Assembly (NCBI GenBank): GCA_050613775.1
Contig: JBODTK010000118.1
Span: forward strand, 372,001-436,000
DNA from: Neocallimastix sp. 'constans'
Taxonomy: Eukaryota
Length of the DNA: 64,000 bases
Direction of reading: 5' to 3'
A model generated the notes under the pieces. That model saw nothing but the letters and a program-made list of their open reading frames with translations. It was not told the DNA's origin and ran no database searches. The stretch's first letter is position 1. Every line of letters begins with the position of its first letter. Both the position numbers and the translations under genes were made by a program. Shown here piece by piece: positions 21,388 to 35,497 of this stretch.

Positions 21388-22926
21388 CGTAAACTTGTTG
21401 CTGCTGTTGCTGTTGGAATTATTGCAAAACAGGTTAATATCAAAGAAATTAATAACGGAAATAATAATTACATAAAATAAAAAAGTAATAAAATAAAAAC
21501 AAGCTTTTTTATCAAATAAATCGAAATAAATATATTTTTTATTGATGAAATTTCTTTAATATAGTATAATTTTAATTATGGTTGTATGATATATATAGTT
21601 AATTTTTTGAACATAATTCAGGATATTCATCGACAACATTAGTTCATTGGTGTATTATATATATATATGTTTCTTTGGTAAATTTTAATAATTTTAAAAT
21701 ATATAATAAATTGATAAATATAAAAATATTAGTAAATATTGAAATTAATTATTATTTATAAAAAGTATCATTATGGTTCTTCCAAGTAGAAAGATTACAG
21801 TTTAGATCTTTAGCAATTGTAGTATTTTCAATATTATCAATATTTTGGAATATTGATATTTTTGAAGTTGCAAAATTCGTAAACATAATTGCTTTAAAAT
21901 TAATATTATAAATTTATAAAAAATCTAAAATATTTTATTTGTAAAAAAAAAAAAATAATTTCTTAAAAGTTATATAGAGAGAACCATATTTTTTAGCAAT
22001 ATTAAAAGGGGATGCACCAGTAGTAATCACACAAGAAAAAGAAAATTTAAAGATTGACCGTAGTGATAATAAAGGTAAATAATATATATTTAAAGTAATT
22101 CTTTGAGTATTATTCAATAAATTACAAATATTAAATTTATTAATGAATTACAATATAGTATGAAAATTAAATATATATATATATATATATTACTGTAATT
22201 ATAATATAAATATATTATTATTTAATTAAAAAGGTAGTCACTATATTCATTTTGTTCCATACTCTCGTGCTTTATTCAACCCAGATGGGAATGCATTTTG
22301 TATATATGTATACAATACAAAAATTGAAGCTCCATTATTAATTAAAGGAATTCCACCATACAAAATAAAATATGAATTTACAAATTTTAATACAAATAAA
22401 ACAACAATTAGAACAGGAATTTTTAATTTCAAATGAAAAAATTAATATTGATGATAAGCCAAAAGTTCGTCGACATTTATTACCAATTGAAGAAATAGGT
22501 AAAATTCGCTTAATAGGAATTTCAGATGAAATTTATGGAGAAGGAAAAGTTGATACCAAAAATTCAAAAGAAGCTTATATCATTAATTGTCCAAAAGCTT
22601 CATTAATTGAAAGTTTTATTGAAGTGTGTGTTAAGGATTTATATGATGTAAATTTCCTTGCTACTGGTTCTGGACTATTAAATGTATATTATACTAAAAA
22701 AAGTTAAGTAAGTATTTAATTGAATTAAATAAAAATATTATAATTTTATATATCTTTTTTAAATTTGTTTAATAAAATAATCTTGTATAAAAAAAAGTAA
22801 TGTGATGCTATTTTAAATATGTTCCAATCTGGTACTGAAAATAAAGAAAATGAAATTGAAAAACAACTTGAAATAAGAGATTCAATTCATTTTGATTTAC
22901 CAATACCAGGATCTTATTTATTTAAG
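21388..22926 (+). pseudogene. POM152: Truncated, frameshifted, intron-containing fragment of the fungal pore-membrane nucleoporin Pom152
   Basis: Exon translations VSLWFFQVERLQFRSLAIVVFSILSIFWNIDIF (TM), KGSHYIHFVPYSRALFNPDGNAFCI, IGKIRLIGISDE..IINCPKASL..EVCVKDLYDVNFLATGSGLLNVYYTKK and DSIHFDLPIPGSYLFK follow the order of the Pom152 N-terminal region as I recall it. Frame breaks at T5 22420-22424 and A7 22696-22702. No further Ig-like repeat exons before the septin. Confidence 0.72.
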
Positions 22927-23498
22927 GTAAATAAATAAATAAAAGGCTATATATATTTTCTTTTATATAATTCATATTGCATCTTATTTAAATTTATAGA
23001 ATTTTTTTTTTAATAATTCTGTTTTATCTATTTGAAATTCATATAAAAAAAAAGGAAATTAAAATGATTATAAATAATTATTAATATTTTTAAAACGTCA
23101 AAAATTAACATATAAATGTGGTTATTTTTTATTAAAAAATAAAAAACTAATGATTGTTTAATTCCATAAGTCTACCCTTTTTGTGTTAACTTTATTTTAA
23201 ATGTTCAATGAATGATAATTTTAAAATATTATAATGTATATTTAATTTATGTAGAAAAAAAATTTTATTTATTTATTTATTCGTTTACTCATTTATTTAT
23301 ATCCATTTTTTTTTTTTTTTTTAGACTTTCCCTTGTAAGTCTGATCATATTATCCCAGCCACAACAAACAACTTATATCAGACAAACTTTATAGTGGGGT
23401 TGTGTCAGGATGTCCACATATAGTGCACCCATGTCATACCAATAAAAAAAATTTTTTTTTGACACAAATTATTTTAACAATAATAATTAATAATTATA

Positions 23499-23530
<32 letters not shown>

Positions 23531-24101
23531 AGTATTAATTTTTTTTTTAAAAAAAAATATTATTTAAATTATATATTTTTAATTTTAATTTTATTTTATT
23601 TTATTTTTTATTTTATATTTTCTTTTGAATTTACTTTATATTTATTTTATTATAATTAATTTAAATATTTATTAATTTTAAAAATCTTTTTTTATATTTA
23701 TAAATATTTTTATTCAAATTTTTAGAATAAATTATTCTTTTTAAAACAAAAACAAAAAAAAAAATTTATTTTTAAAGTAATTCTATATTAAAACTCGTTT
23801 ATAAGAAAGATATAATGTAATAATTAAATCTCTAGAAAAAAATATTTCTTTTTATTTTATTTTTTTATATTTAATTTCTTTTTTTTTTTTTTTTTTTTTA
23901 TTGGTTTGTTTGTTTTTTGTTGTTCTTATTTTGTGAAACTTTTTTTTTTTTTTTTTTTTTTTGTAGCATTTATAACAATTTCATAATGAACTTTGTTTTT
24001 TTTTTTAAAATTAAAATAAAAAAAAAATTCAAAAATAAATATTTATATTATATTATTATAAATTAAATAAATTTTATAATTTGAATTTTATTTTCTAGTT
24101 T

Positions 24102-27100
24102 CTATTTTGACTTTCTTTGCTTTTGGTAATTTATTTTAAATACAAAGAAATTAATAAATAGTATTATTACATTGTTTATTTCATTTTCATACCTAATTAT
24201 TTATTATAAAAATAAATTAATAAATAAAAAAATAAATAATATTTCCATTTTCATTCTATTCATTTTTTTAATTACAAAATACTTACTTTGTTCTAATTGA
24301 ATAATACTTTCTTCTTCAGCTTGTAATTCACGTTTCTTTTCTTCGAGTTCAGCCATTAATTGCTTTCTACGTTGGTTTAACTATTTCAAGTATAAATATA
24401 ATAATCATTTAAAGATAATTAATAATTATACTTATTTAATAAAATCATTTAATAAATCTAATACTAACGTGTTCTTCACTTTCTCTAAGAACAGCTTCCT
24501 TTTCCTTTACTTTTTGAACAAACATTTGTCTCATTTCATCTTCCTTTTGTTTCATTTCATTCTTTAAGGCTTTTCTTTCGTTTTCGATTTCTTTTTAATT
24601 TGTTAAAAAATAATAATTTATATTAATATTAAGATTTTAGTATATATTATAATATTAATTAATAAAGTGAAACCAGTAACAATATAAAAAAAAAAAAAAA
24701 AAAAAAAAAAAACATACTACTATCATAATATTCATCACAAGCTAAGAAGGATTCTGGACGACCCTTAGCACGAATTCTAGAAGAACGATATTGAGCGTAA
24801 TGAGTAGTATGAGTAGTTTCAATTAAATCTTGCATATTAGTTCTTTTATGATAAAATTATAAAAAATAAATATAGTTGTATGAATAAAAATTTTATATAT
24901 AATTATTTAATATATAAATATATTTAAAATTAAAAAAGATAAAAAAAATTTTTATCATTTTTATTATTAATATCTTTAATAGTAAAAGTTTTATTTAATA
25001 TTTTTAATTACCTAATAAGTAAATCTCTTAAATAAATGAAGTCACAATGTTCGGCATTTTCGACTTCGACGTAACCCCATCTGTAAGTTCTACCTCTAAC
25101 CTTTTTACCATTAGATTCAACGTATTCATCACTACCAATAACGGTAAATGGAATGTATCTCTGTTGAAAATTAATTAATAAATAGCATAAAATAAATTAT
25201 TATATTAATACAAATGGTCCATTTCCAATAATATTTTCTTGATTTTCATATTTAATTTATTCAAAAAAAAATTACTTCAATATCTGGAAGAGTTTCACGA
25301 TCTTCAGCATAAGCAGATGGATAAATTCTAATATCGTGCTTTTCAATATCTTGTAAAATCTATTCATGATAATAATATGAATATAAATAAATTATTAAAA
25401 TAAATTTCATTTATTGAATTTAATATATATTATATATTCTATAATTATTAAATCATTTATAATAATTTATATATATATTATTCATACCAATTGCTTTTGA
25501 ATTTGTTGTTCTTCTCTGGTTAAACCATCAGCCTTAGAAATAACAGGTATAATGTTTACTCTAGTACATAAACGACCAAGGAATTCAATATCGATATCAC
25601 GAAGACTATTATTTAAAAATTTAATAACATATATTATAGTATTTATAAATATTAAAACTTTATCTAAATTATTTAAAAATATATAAACTATTTAATTTAC
25701 CCTTTGCCTGTTGGTGGTAAGAAGTAAAGTACACAATGAACTCTGTTATCTTGAATATTTCTTCTCATTTCTTGAGATCTTTCAGCACGTAAATAAGATT
25801 CATATTGTGAATCAATGTAATCAATAATTGGATCAAAACTGATGTAATTGATTATTTCGTTTAAATAAAAATGCATGTTAATATCACATATTTATATTAT
25901 TTTTTTATTATTTGTTGAATATATATTACTTAGTTTCACGGTTTAATTGGTCACCAAAACCTGGAGTATCGATAACAGTTAAATGTAATGTGACACCATC
26001 TTCAACTAATTCTATAATTCATAATTATAATTATAAATTGTTTATTTATATTATTAAAATCAAATATCAAAGCAATCAAAATATACATTACAATGCATTT
26101 AAATATATATATATATATATTTACCATAAGTAGTTGGACTAATCTTAACAGTTTTTAATGAAGACAAATCTTTTGGTGGATTTTGTTCTTTTAAAGCAGA
26201 ATCAAAAAGAGTATTCCTTTTATAATAAAAATATTTATAAATGTATATATATTATTAGATTTTATTCTACTATTTGTTTGCATTTCAAAGTTTTTACGAT
26301 ATTTTATAAAGTTTAATATATACATGAAAGTGGTTTTTCCGAGACCAGATTCACCAACAACCTTTTTTTTTTACAAAATAAAAATTATTTTATTACAAAA
26401 AAAATAAAAGATAAAATATTAATAAATCAATAAATAAACATATATATAATTAATAATATTAATTTTTCTTACCATAATGTTGAAAATGTATGGTTTTCTC
26501 TTAGATCTTCTTACAATTTGTAATGGAAGATCACTGATACCAAGTGGTTCAGTAAGTCTAGCATTGAAAGAGCCTGGTAACTTCCATGGACCTGGGTCTG
26601 GGAATTGACCTCTAAATTGTAAAGCGTATTCCTTTTAAATAATTAAATTTAAATATTAATTTATCTTTCTTTAAATTGTTTATTTATATTATTGGTATAA
26701 TATGATGAAATGACAAATCATAAGTTTAAAATATTAATTTATTATTTACTATTATTTATAAAAATATAAATTCATATATTTTATTCTATTTATTGTATTT
26801 GTTATTTTTTTTTTTTGTTTGTTTGATTGTTTTCGTTTTTGTTCTATTTTTGTTTGTTCTGTTTTACTTTATTTTATTTATTTTATTTACTTAAAATTTT
26901 TAATTAACAATTTTTATTTTTTATTCTTAATATAAAATATGATTTGAATTTCTACTTCATTTCCAAAATGAACTTAAACTCTTACAATGAATATCAAAAA
27001 AATATATATATATATTTTTATTCAATATAATCATTTAAATTTTGTATAAGTACTTCGAATAAAATAATATACTTATACAAAAATTTTTATATTTGTTGAT

Positions 27101-27517
27101 AAAAATTATAATTTAATTGATTTTGTTGATACCACGTAAAGGATATTGATTTCTTATTAATAAAATCCCTTGTAATAATTAATTAAATAATTCTTTGCTA
27201 TTTTATATCTGATTCCTCATTAAAATATTTCTTATTTTATTTGTTTATATTTAAAATTTTAATAAATAATTCCAATATTTTTATTTGTTTACTATTTTTT
27301 TATTTTGTTTATCAATTTATGATTGTTTACAAATTAAATATAAATGTATGATTATTCTCGTAAAAATAATATATATTAATATATTTAAGTATTTTTAAAG
27401 CTTATTATTTATTTATTCCCAATGATACTTTCATTCTATAAAAATAATAAAATAAGAAGAAAATATATATATATTAAATATGTATAATTATATTTTTAAT
27501 CTCCTTACCAAAGGCAT
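24102..27517 (-). CDS. Septin GTPase with C-terminal coiled coil, ~14 exons; last exon uncertain
   Basis: [21 protein letters not shown] (G1), [11 protein letters not shown] (G3), [21 protein letters not shown] (G4), [20 protein letters not shown] (septin unique element), then [19 protein letters not shown] coiled coil. Likely 9-nt first exon ATGCCTTTG|GTAAGG at 27517-27509. Confidence 0.95.
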
Positions 27518-30500
27518 TATGAATTTTTATGTCTAAATAAATATGTCTAAAAAATATTATATATATAGCTATTTTAAATATATTTGAAAAAAATATATAT
27601 ATATTAATTTATAAATTTATTCTTTTTCTTATTATATATTTGATTTTTATTACTATTTATTTATATGTTTTTTATTCAAATATAAATATTTACTTTTATA
27701 TAAATATCTTTTTTTTTGTTTTGTTTTTGATAAAAAAAAAAAAAATTTAAAAAAAAAAAAAATTATATTTAATTAATAATACATAAAATTATTATTAATT
27801 TTAAATTGATTTAGTATTACATTATATATATAATATATTTAATCAATATTTTTGTAATATATAATTTTATATAATTTTATGTCGAAATTACATTAATATT
27901 AATAATTTTTATAATAAATCACGTATTTTATTTAAATAAAAAAAAAATAAAACAAAATATATAATATATTATAAAAATATTTTATAACTATTATTTGTCA
28001 TAATTATTTAATTGAAAAAAAGTATATATAATTCATAATACATATATATAAATTCATAATACATATATATTACTCTATAATACAATATATATCATTTTAT
28101 ATTTAATTTATATGTAATCATATTAATTTATTTCTAAATATATTATTGTATGTAATAAAATATATATAAATTTATATATGAATTGTAGCCTTAATATTAT
28201 TAATTAATTATAATATATAATTTTTATTAATTTTTAATATTAATATATTATTTTGTTAGTGAAAAAAAAAAATTTTATAATCATTTCATTGTTTACATAA
28301 TGTTTATAACAATTATTTATTATAGATTGTAAATAAATAAATATAAATATTTTTTATTATAGATTGTAAATAAATAAATATAAATATTTTTATTATTAAT
28401 TATTATTTAATTATATGGTTGTTTTACCAAATATTATTAGTATTAATTACATTGTATGTGGCGTATATATTTTTATACTATTGGATAAATTTTCTACAAT
28501 AAGGTCAATTTATGCTATGATAAGCTTATAATAAAATTATATAATATTTATATTATTCATAATAAATATTAAAATTAATATAAAGAAAAAAGTTCTTTAA
28601 TTATTTTATGGAATTAAAAGATATTTTAAGAAGGGCAAATAAAGTTATTCACTATTTATCTTAAAAAATTATGATTATTATTAAAAAAAATTATTTAATT
28701 AATTTATTACCTCTATTATATTTTTAGAAAATAAGTATTAAAATTTATTTAATAAAAAACTAAAACTTGAATTATTTAATAATCTTTATTAGTTATTAAA
28801 ATATTATTTAAAAAAAATAATAATAAATATATATATATTATTTAATCTACTACTTCTATTATTATATTTTTAAAAATTAATTTAATTAAATAAAAAATTA
28901 AAACTTGAATATTTAATAGTTATTCAAATACAAATCTCTTTTGGAAATATTATAATTTTGAATAATTTCTTGAAACCTATAATGAAAGACCTAATATCAT
29001 TTAATTAAATATATCATTTGTTTCATATATTCAAAAAAAATTATTTAATGAAAAAAAATGAGATTATATTAAAAAATATAAAGAGATAATATACAATCTT
29101 GGAATTTATATATTAAATAACATATCATAATAATCTATATTTAGAGATATATATATCACATATTATTAAATTTATTTCTTTAAAGAAAACCTCATTTACT
29201 AGAAATCTGTATTGAGTTATATAATATCAGACAAATAGATATATGTCAAAAAAGGGTCCTTTGAATCTTGTGGACTATTATATAAAATTATATATCTTTT
29301 TTCTACGTATAACACATTTTTTAATATTTAATTCTTTAAAAGAATAATCACATATATTAATATTTTAATATTTTGGCCTTTACTTTTATAATGCCTTGTA
29401 AATAAGCATTCAACTTTCGAATATTCATTGTTATATTCAACTTATAATGATTTTAATCTCGCATATGAAATCAGGAATTTTTAGTAACCAATTTAAATTA
29501 TAAAAAAAAAATTTTATTTTTATTTAAATTACACGATATTAAATTTTTTATATTAAATTATAATTAAATTATTGAATATTATCTAATATTTAGTTGATAA
29601 GAAAAATAAAATATATTCATTATTTTATGAATACATTTTTATTTTTTGTAATTTTGTTTCTCAATTATATGTATTTTAATAATTACAAAACACATATAAT
29701 GATAATAATTGTCTAATTAAAAATACGTATATTTAAAAATCCTTAGTGTTGTTACGGTTCAATAATCAATAAAAATATTTTTGTATAAAAATAATAATAA
29801 TTATATATCATTTATGAGAATTTAAAAATTTTAAAATTTTCTAAAAGGTTAATATGCATATCTAATAAAACATATTAAAATTTTATTTTTTAATACTTTT
29901 ATTAAGAATTATTATATATATTATACTTTTATTATTTTATTATAAAATTATAATTAAATTTTATCCAATAATATCAAAGATCCCATTTAATTTTAATTTA
30001 AAACTTGTTTTTAATATTTAAATTTAAAAATTTACCAGAATATAATAAAAAATATGGTAGTATTTGCATCACTTAATGGTAAATAATTAATAGCAAAAAG
30101 TAAAAAAAAAAATAAAATAAAAAAATAAAAAACAAAAAGTATATTTTAGAAACTACAATTAAAAATAAAAATAATATAAACTATGTACACTTAAAGTAAT
30201 TTCAAATAATATTTATTAAAAACATATATAACTAAATAATACAAGAAAAATTAATATACTCTACACTAAAGAAGGTCTTCATTTCTAAAAACTAAGATTA
30301 TTTATTAGAACTCTATTTGATTTATTTATCTGTTTAATAAAATTTATTAACATGAATATGCTATTTTTTATTCATAAAGCCTTTAGAATTCTAACCTTGT
30401 CTAATTGGTATTGTAGTAAAAAATAAAATTAAAATAAACTATTATACAGAATAGAAAATATCATTTTATTTTGTTATTTTAAATATATATATATATATAT

Positions 30501-31305
30501 GAAATCAATATACATTCATAGAATTATTACTTACATTCAAAAAATATATATATATAATGATTTCAAAAATTTATAAAAAAATAACAATAATAATAATAAA
30601 AAAAAAAAAAAAAAATAAAAAAAAAAAATTAAAATCAAAAATAAATATATTATTATAGAATAAATATATATATATGGTTTATAACACAAAAAAATTAAAA
30701 ATATTTATCACTAACAATATAAATTAGTTATAAAAAAAAAATTTTTTTTTTTTTATTATTATTATTATTATTTTATTTTAAATTAATAAAAATTACAAAT
30801 AAAAATATTATTATATATACTAAGTAAATAAAAAACTGAATGCTTTCATAAATTCGTAATTATAAAATTTTTTAGAATTAAAATTTATATTTTAAATTTT
30901 AACTTATTAGGAATTGCACATTCAACTTTTTATTTATCTTTACATTTATGAAATACTTATAATATAATTACTTAATTATATTTTAAATGGATAATTGTAA
31001 TATTTTTTTTTACATAAATATATATGTATATATATATATTCTATAATAATATTATTCATTTTTTATTCTTAATATATTATAATTGTTTTCTTCATCTTTA
31101 TTAATTAATTATTATCATTAGGATTAAAATATAATAATTAAAATATGAAAAATATTTTTATATTTATAATTTATTGTTATTATTATTATTTATTTATTTA
31201 TTTATTTATTTATAATTCATTGTTATTATTATGTATTTATTTATTTATATATTTATAATTTATTGTTATTATTATGTATTTATTTATTTATATATTTATA
31301 ATTTA

Positions 31306-31336
<31 letters not shown>

Positions 31337-31573
31337 TTTATTTATTATATTGAAAATCTTAAAAATTTTGATTATTAAATATTATATATTACTTATATAT
31401 TTTATTAAAAAAATTTTATATTGATGATGATGATAATTATTCATAATTTTTTTTATATTATATATATCTTTGTTGTTATGATTTTGTTTTGTTTTAAGTT
31501 TATATAGTAATTATAATTATTATTTTATTTTTATGTTATATTAGTAAATATTTTAATTATTAATTATTACTAT

Positions 31574-31853
31574 TTACATATCATCATTAATTACTAACAC
31601 CTCAGCATCATTATCATTATCAGAAGAATAAAATGGAATTTCACCATTTTTTATGGCTTCCATTATTTGATTTTGATTCTGTATTTCAAAGGACATATAA
31701 TCCTTCGTTTCTTGATATTCCTCTTTAATATTTGAAACTCTTTGATTATGAGGTACCGACTTTTGAATGATAAATATTTATATATATAAATTATTAACAA
31801 ATATTTTAATAACAAATTAAAAATAAATTTTATATATACACAAAAAAATAAAA

Positions 31854-31884
<31 letters not shown>

Positions 31885-32500
31885 TATTTTTTAGATTATA
31901 TTATTAAGTACTTACACCAAAATATTTTAATAATTTATTATATTCTTCTTTGGATTCCTTTAATTTAAAATCATCTACTTTATTATTAATACCTAATACA
32001 TATTTTGAAATATGTGAAGAGGGAGATACTTTTGAATCAGGAAATTGTATTGAGGATTGTAAGCAGAGATGTGATGTGGTTCTTTTAACACCTCGCTTAT
32101 TTAAATTTTCAATAGATTGTTTAACTTTCAATTTATGTTGTGGTGATTTTTTTAAAATATGAACAGATGTAGGTAGTGACAGATGATTTGTTGATGTAAC
32201 TGTCGTTGATAATGGATGTGTATTCATTGATGATGATGAAGGTATTAACGATCTATTAAAGGAATTATTGTTTTTATTATTATCATTATTATCATTATCT
32301 TTATTATAATAATAATTATTATTATTATTACTATTATTATTATAATTATTATTATTATTTTTATTATTTTTATTATTATTATAATTAATATTATTATTTT
32401 TATTATTATTATTTTTATTATTATTGTTATTATTATAATTATAATTATTAGTATTGTTATTATTATTGTTACGATTATTATTATAATTATTATAATTATC

Positions 32501-32563
<63 letters not shown>

Positions 32564-35096
32564 TATGATTATTGAAGATGAAGTGTTTGAATATTTAGGC
32601 AATAAAGTTTGTGGAGTTCCATGTGGTGGAGGGATTGGAGTAGAAGAGGGTGATAAATAAGCAGAACTATTTTTAGTATTTTTATAATGATTTTGAGGGT
32701 TAAATTTTGGAGGGTTAAAATATGTAGGACTGTTATCTTGAGACCATTTTGAAACATTATAATTATTAAAACTATCCATTGAAGATTGACTTAGGCTTAT
32801 ATTTAGCTCTTGATTCTTTTTATTGAGAAGAAGTAGCTTAGCTATTAACTTTTCATTAATATTATTTAATTTATTTAATTTTTTCTGATATTCAAAGTTT
32901 TCACGAGTTATGGCATCTATGACTTCCTCGGCTTCATGAAGTTTATTTTCAGCAGCTTCAACACGAGTATTTCTAATACTATCCTCATATTGAATTGCAT
33001 TATAATTAGGAATCATTTGAATTTCATTTACTAAATTTAAGATACGATTATTAGCTTCTGAAGGTCTTGCTGAATAAATTCTAAATACTTCATTTCTTAA
33101 ATGATGAATTTGTTTAGAATATGAACGTTGTAGTAATTCTAAATTTTCAACTGCTTCTTCCTGGTTAATAATTGCTTCATCTCTAGTTAAAATAATGGAT
33201 CCAATCTCTGATCGAGCATTTGCTAAATCCTTTTCAACTTGCTTATAATTCTGAGATAACCTTTCGACATAACTACGTAATTTCTTAATTTCATAAAATG
33301 CCGATTTTAATTGACCTTCTTCTAATGTTTTCTTTAAACTTTTATTAATATCAAACTTTTTTAATAATGCTAATTCTTTTTCTAATTCTTGATTACGAGA
33401 TGTTAAAGTGGCTACTTTATTCATAAGTACTTCCCCATCCATTGACATATATTTCTCTTGATAACTAATCATGTTCTGTATTTTTTGCTTTAAGATACAG
33501 ATTTCATGACCAGATTCATTAATTGCTGTGATTAAATCTTTTTCAGTAAAGTGTAATTTACGAATATCTTCACCACAATCATTAATTATTGCTAAATATT
33601 CATCAATGTTCTTTTGGAGAGATTCTTTATCTTTCTCTAATTCAACTATAATTTCCATTAATTTTTCAATGATATCAGAAAGTGTTTTAATTTTTTCTTT
33701 ATTGTTATCATTTTGGAATTTACTTTCGGTCAACTCATTACCCATTGCATTTATTGAATTTATTATATCTTTATACATATTTTTCATAGATTCTAATTTT
33801 TCATTATTTATGTCATCATCTTCATATATTTTATTATTATCGATAACAACACCTTCTCCACTAATTACTTGATTTCCTAATTCATCAAAAACATTATCTT
33901 TTTTCACCTTAACTCCGTGTTTTCTTATTATATTAATTATCTCATCAACATGTTTTGACATTTCATTAATTATATGATCCTGATCAACATTTGAATCAGT
34001 TTGGAAGTTGTATAAATTAGATCTAACTAAATTGACATTATCATATATTTGAGAAAGGATATTTTGACAATAAAACGACATTTTATCTTTATTTTTAGCA
34101 ATTGTATTATTTAACATGTTCATCTCTTTTTGATAATCCAAGTTTTGTTTTGTTAAATTAACTATTTCCTGACCCATTTCATTTGCCATTAAATTGCAAT
34201 CACTCCTTTCAATTCTCATTTGTTCTTTTAATTCTCTAATTTCTTCACCTGCTTCATTAAAGAATATTATTGCTTCATTATTTGATTTTTCTAAATCAGT
34301 AATAATTGAAAATAAGGCTTTGACACCTATTTTAAGATTTTCATCATTTTTTTCATTATTTGAAATTTCTTCTTTTAGTTTATCTTGTGTTTTAGTAAGT
34401 TCAGATTTTATATTATCATAATTTTCCTTCATTTTTTTAGATGAATCAATCAGAATTTGTTGGTTTTCTATTGTTTTATTTGCATAATCTAGTTGTTGTT
34501 GAATATTTTCTAATTGCGTTTCTGCTTCTTTTGCCATTTCTGATGTAATTTGCATTGATTGATGTTTAATGAACTTTAACTCTTCTACTTGACATTTTAA
34601 TCTTGATTTAAACTGAGAATTGGTACTCTTAGACAGAGCCAACTCCTTCTTTAATGATATAATTTCTTGTTGCTGTTTATATATTAAATCCTTTACAATA
34701 TCATCACAATTAATTTTATCGGTAACATATGATACCTTCCTATTCAAATCAACAACTTCCATTTTATAATAACTGATTTGTTCATATAATTCAGTATTAA
34801 CCTTTTCCAACTTTGCATTCTTCTGAATTTCTGTAAATAATGCTTCTTCTTGTTCAGTTAGACGATTATTCAATTTTTCGTTTTCTTGAATTAAACTTTT
34901 CAATTTAGTATCAATTGAAGTATTTCCATTTTTTGAAATGTCTATAGTTGAATTATTTGATGCATTATATTTTGTATTTGATGTGGACGCCTATAATATA
35001 ATCATAAATTATTAACATTTATTTAATATCTCATTAATTTTAAAATTTAATACTTTAATATCAAATATTATTTTTTATTAAATTAATAATTACCAT
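31574..35096 (-). CDS. Long coiled-coil protein with Asn-rich tail, unknown function, ~1090 aa; exons 35096-35094 (ATG only), 34990-31916, 31759-31574
   Basis: The 999-aa ORF rich in E/K/Q/L/N heptads extends upstream to an AG at 34991 and downstream through a GTAAGT donor to an exon ending AEVLVINDDM*. Confidence 0.8.
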
Positions 35097-35466
35097 TTAT
35101 TTATATCAAATATTTTTAAATATATTACTACTTAGATTGTTTATAAAAAATGTTATTATATCATATAAAATTAATTAATAATTAAAAATAATTTATTAAT
35201 TTGATTTATAAATATATTTATAAATATATATATATATATATTTACTTATTTATTGCTTTTTATTTTTTTTTTTTTTTCTTTCTTTTTTTTTTTTTTTTTT
35301 TGTTATTATTATTATTAGATACACATTTATTTATTTTACATTTAGAGGTATTGAAAACTATACAATTTAATATCTAAAATTATTACAAATAATATTTTAT
35401 AATATAAAAATAATTAAAAATAAAATGTAATATTAAAGAACTTATTTTTTATTATTATTATTATTT

Positions 35467-35497
<31 letters not shown>

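Noticed and set aside
28315..28395. Short tandem duplications here and at 17242-17300 and 28025-28070
   Set aside because: Ordinary slippage products in AT-rich DNA.
29160..29490. Possible decayed coding relic (KIPDFICEIK, LRR-like) on - strand
   Set aside because: The frames I read contain multiple stops and the similarity is too short.
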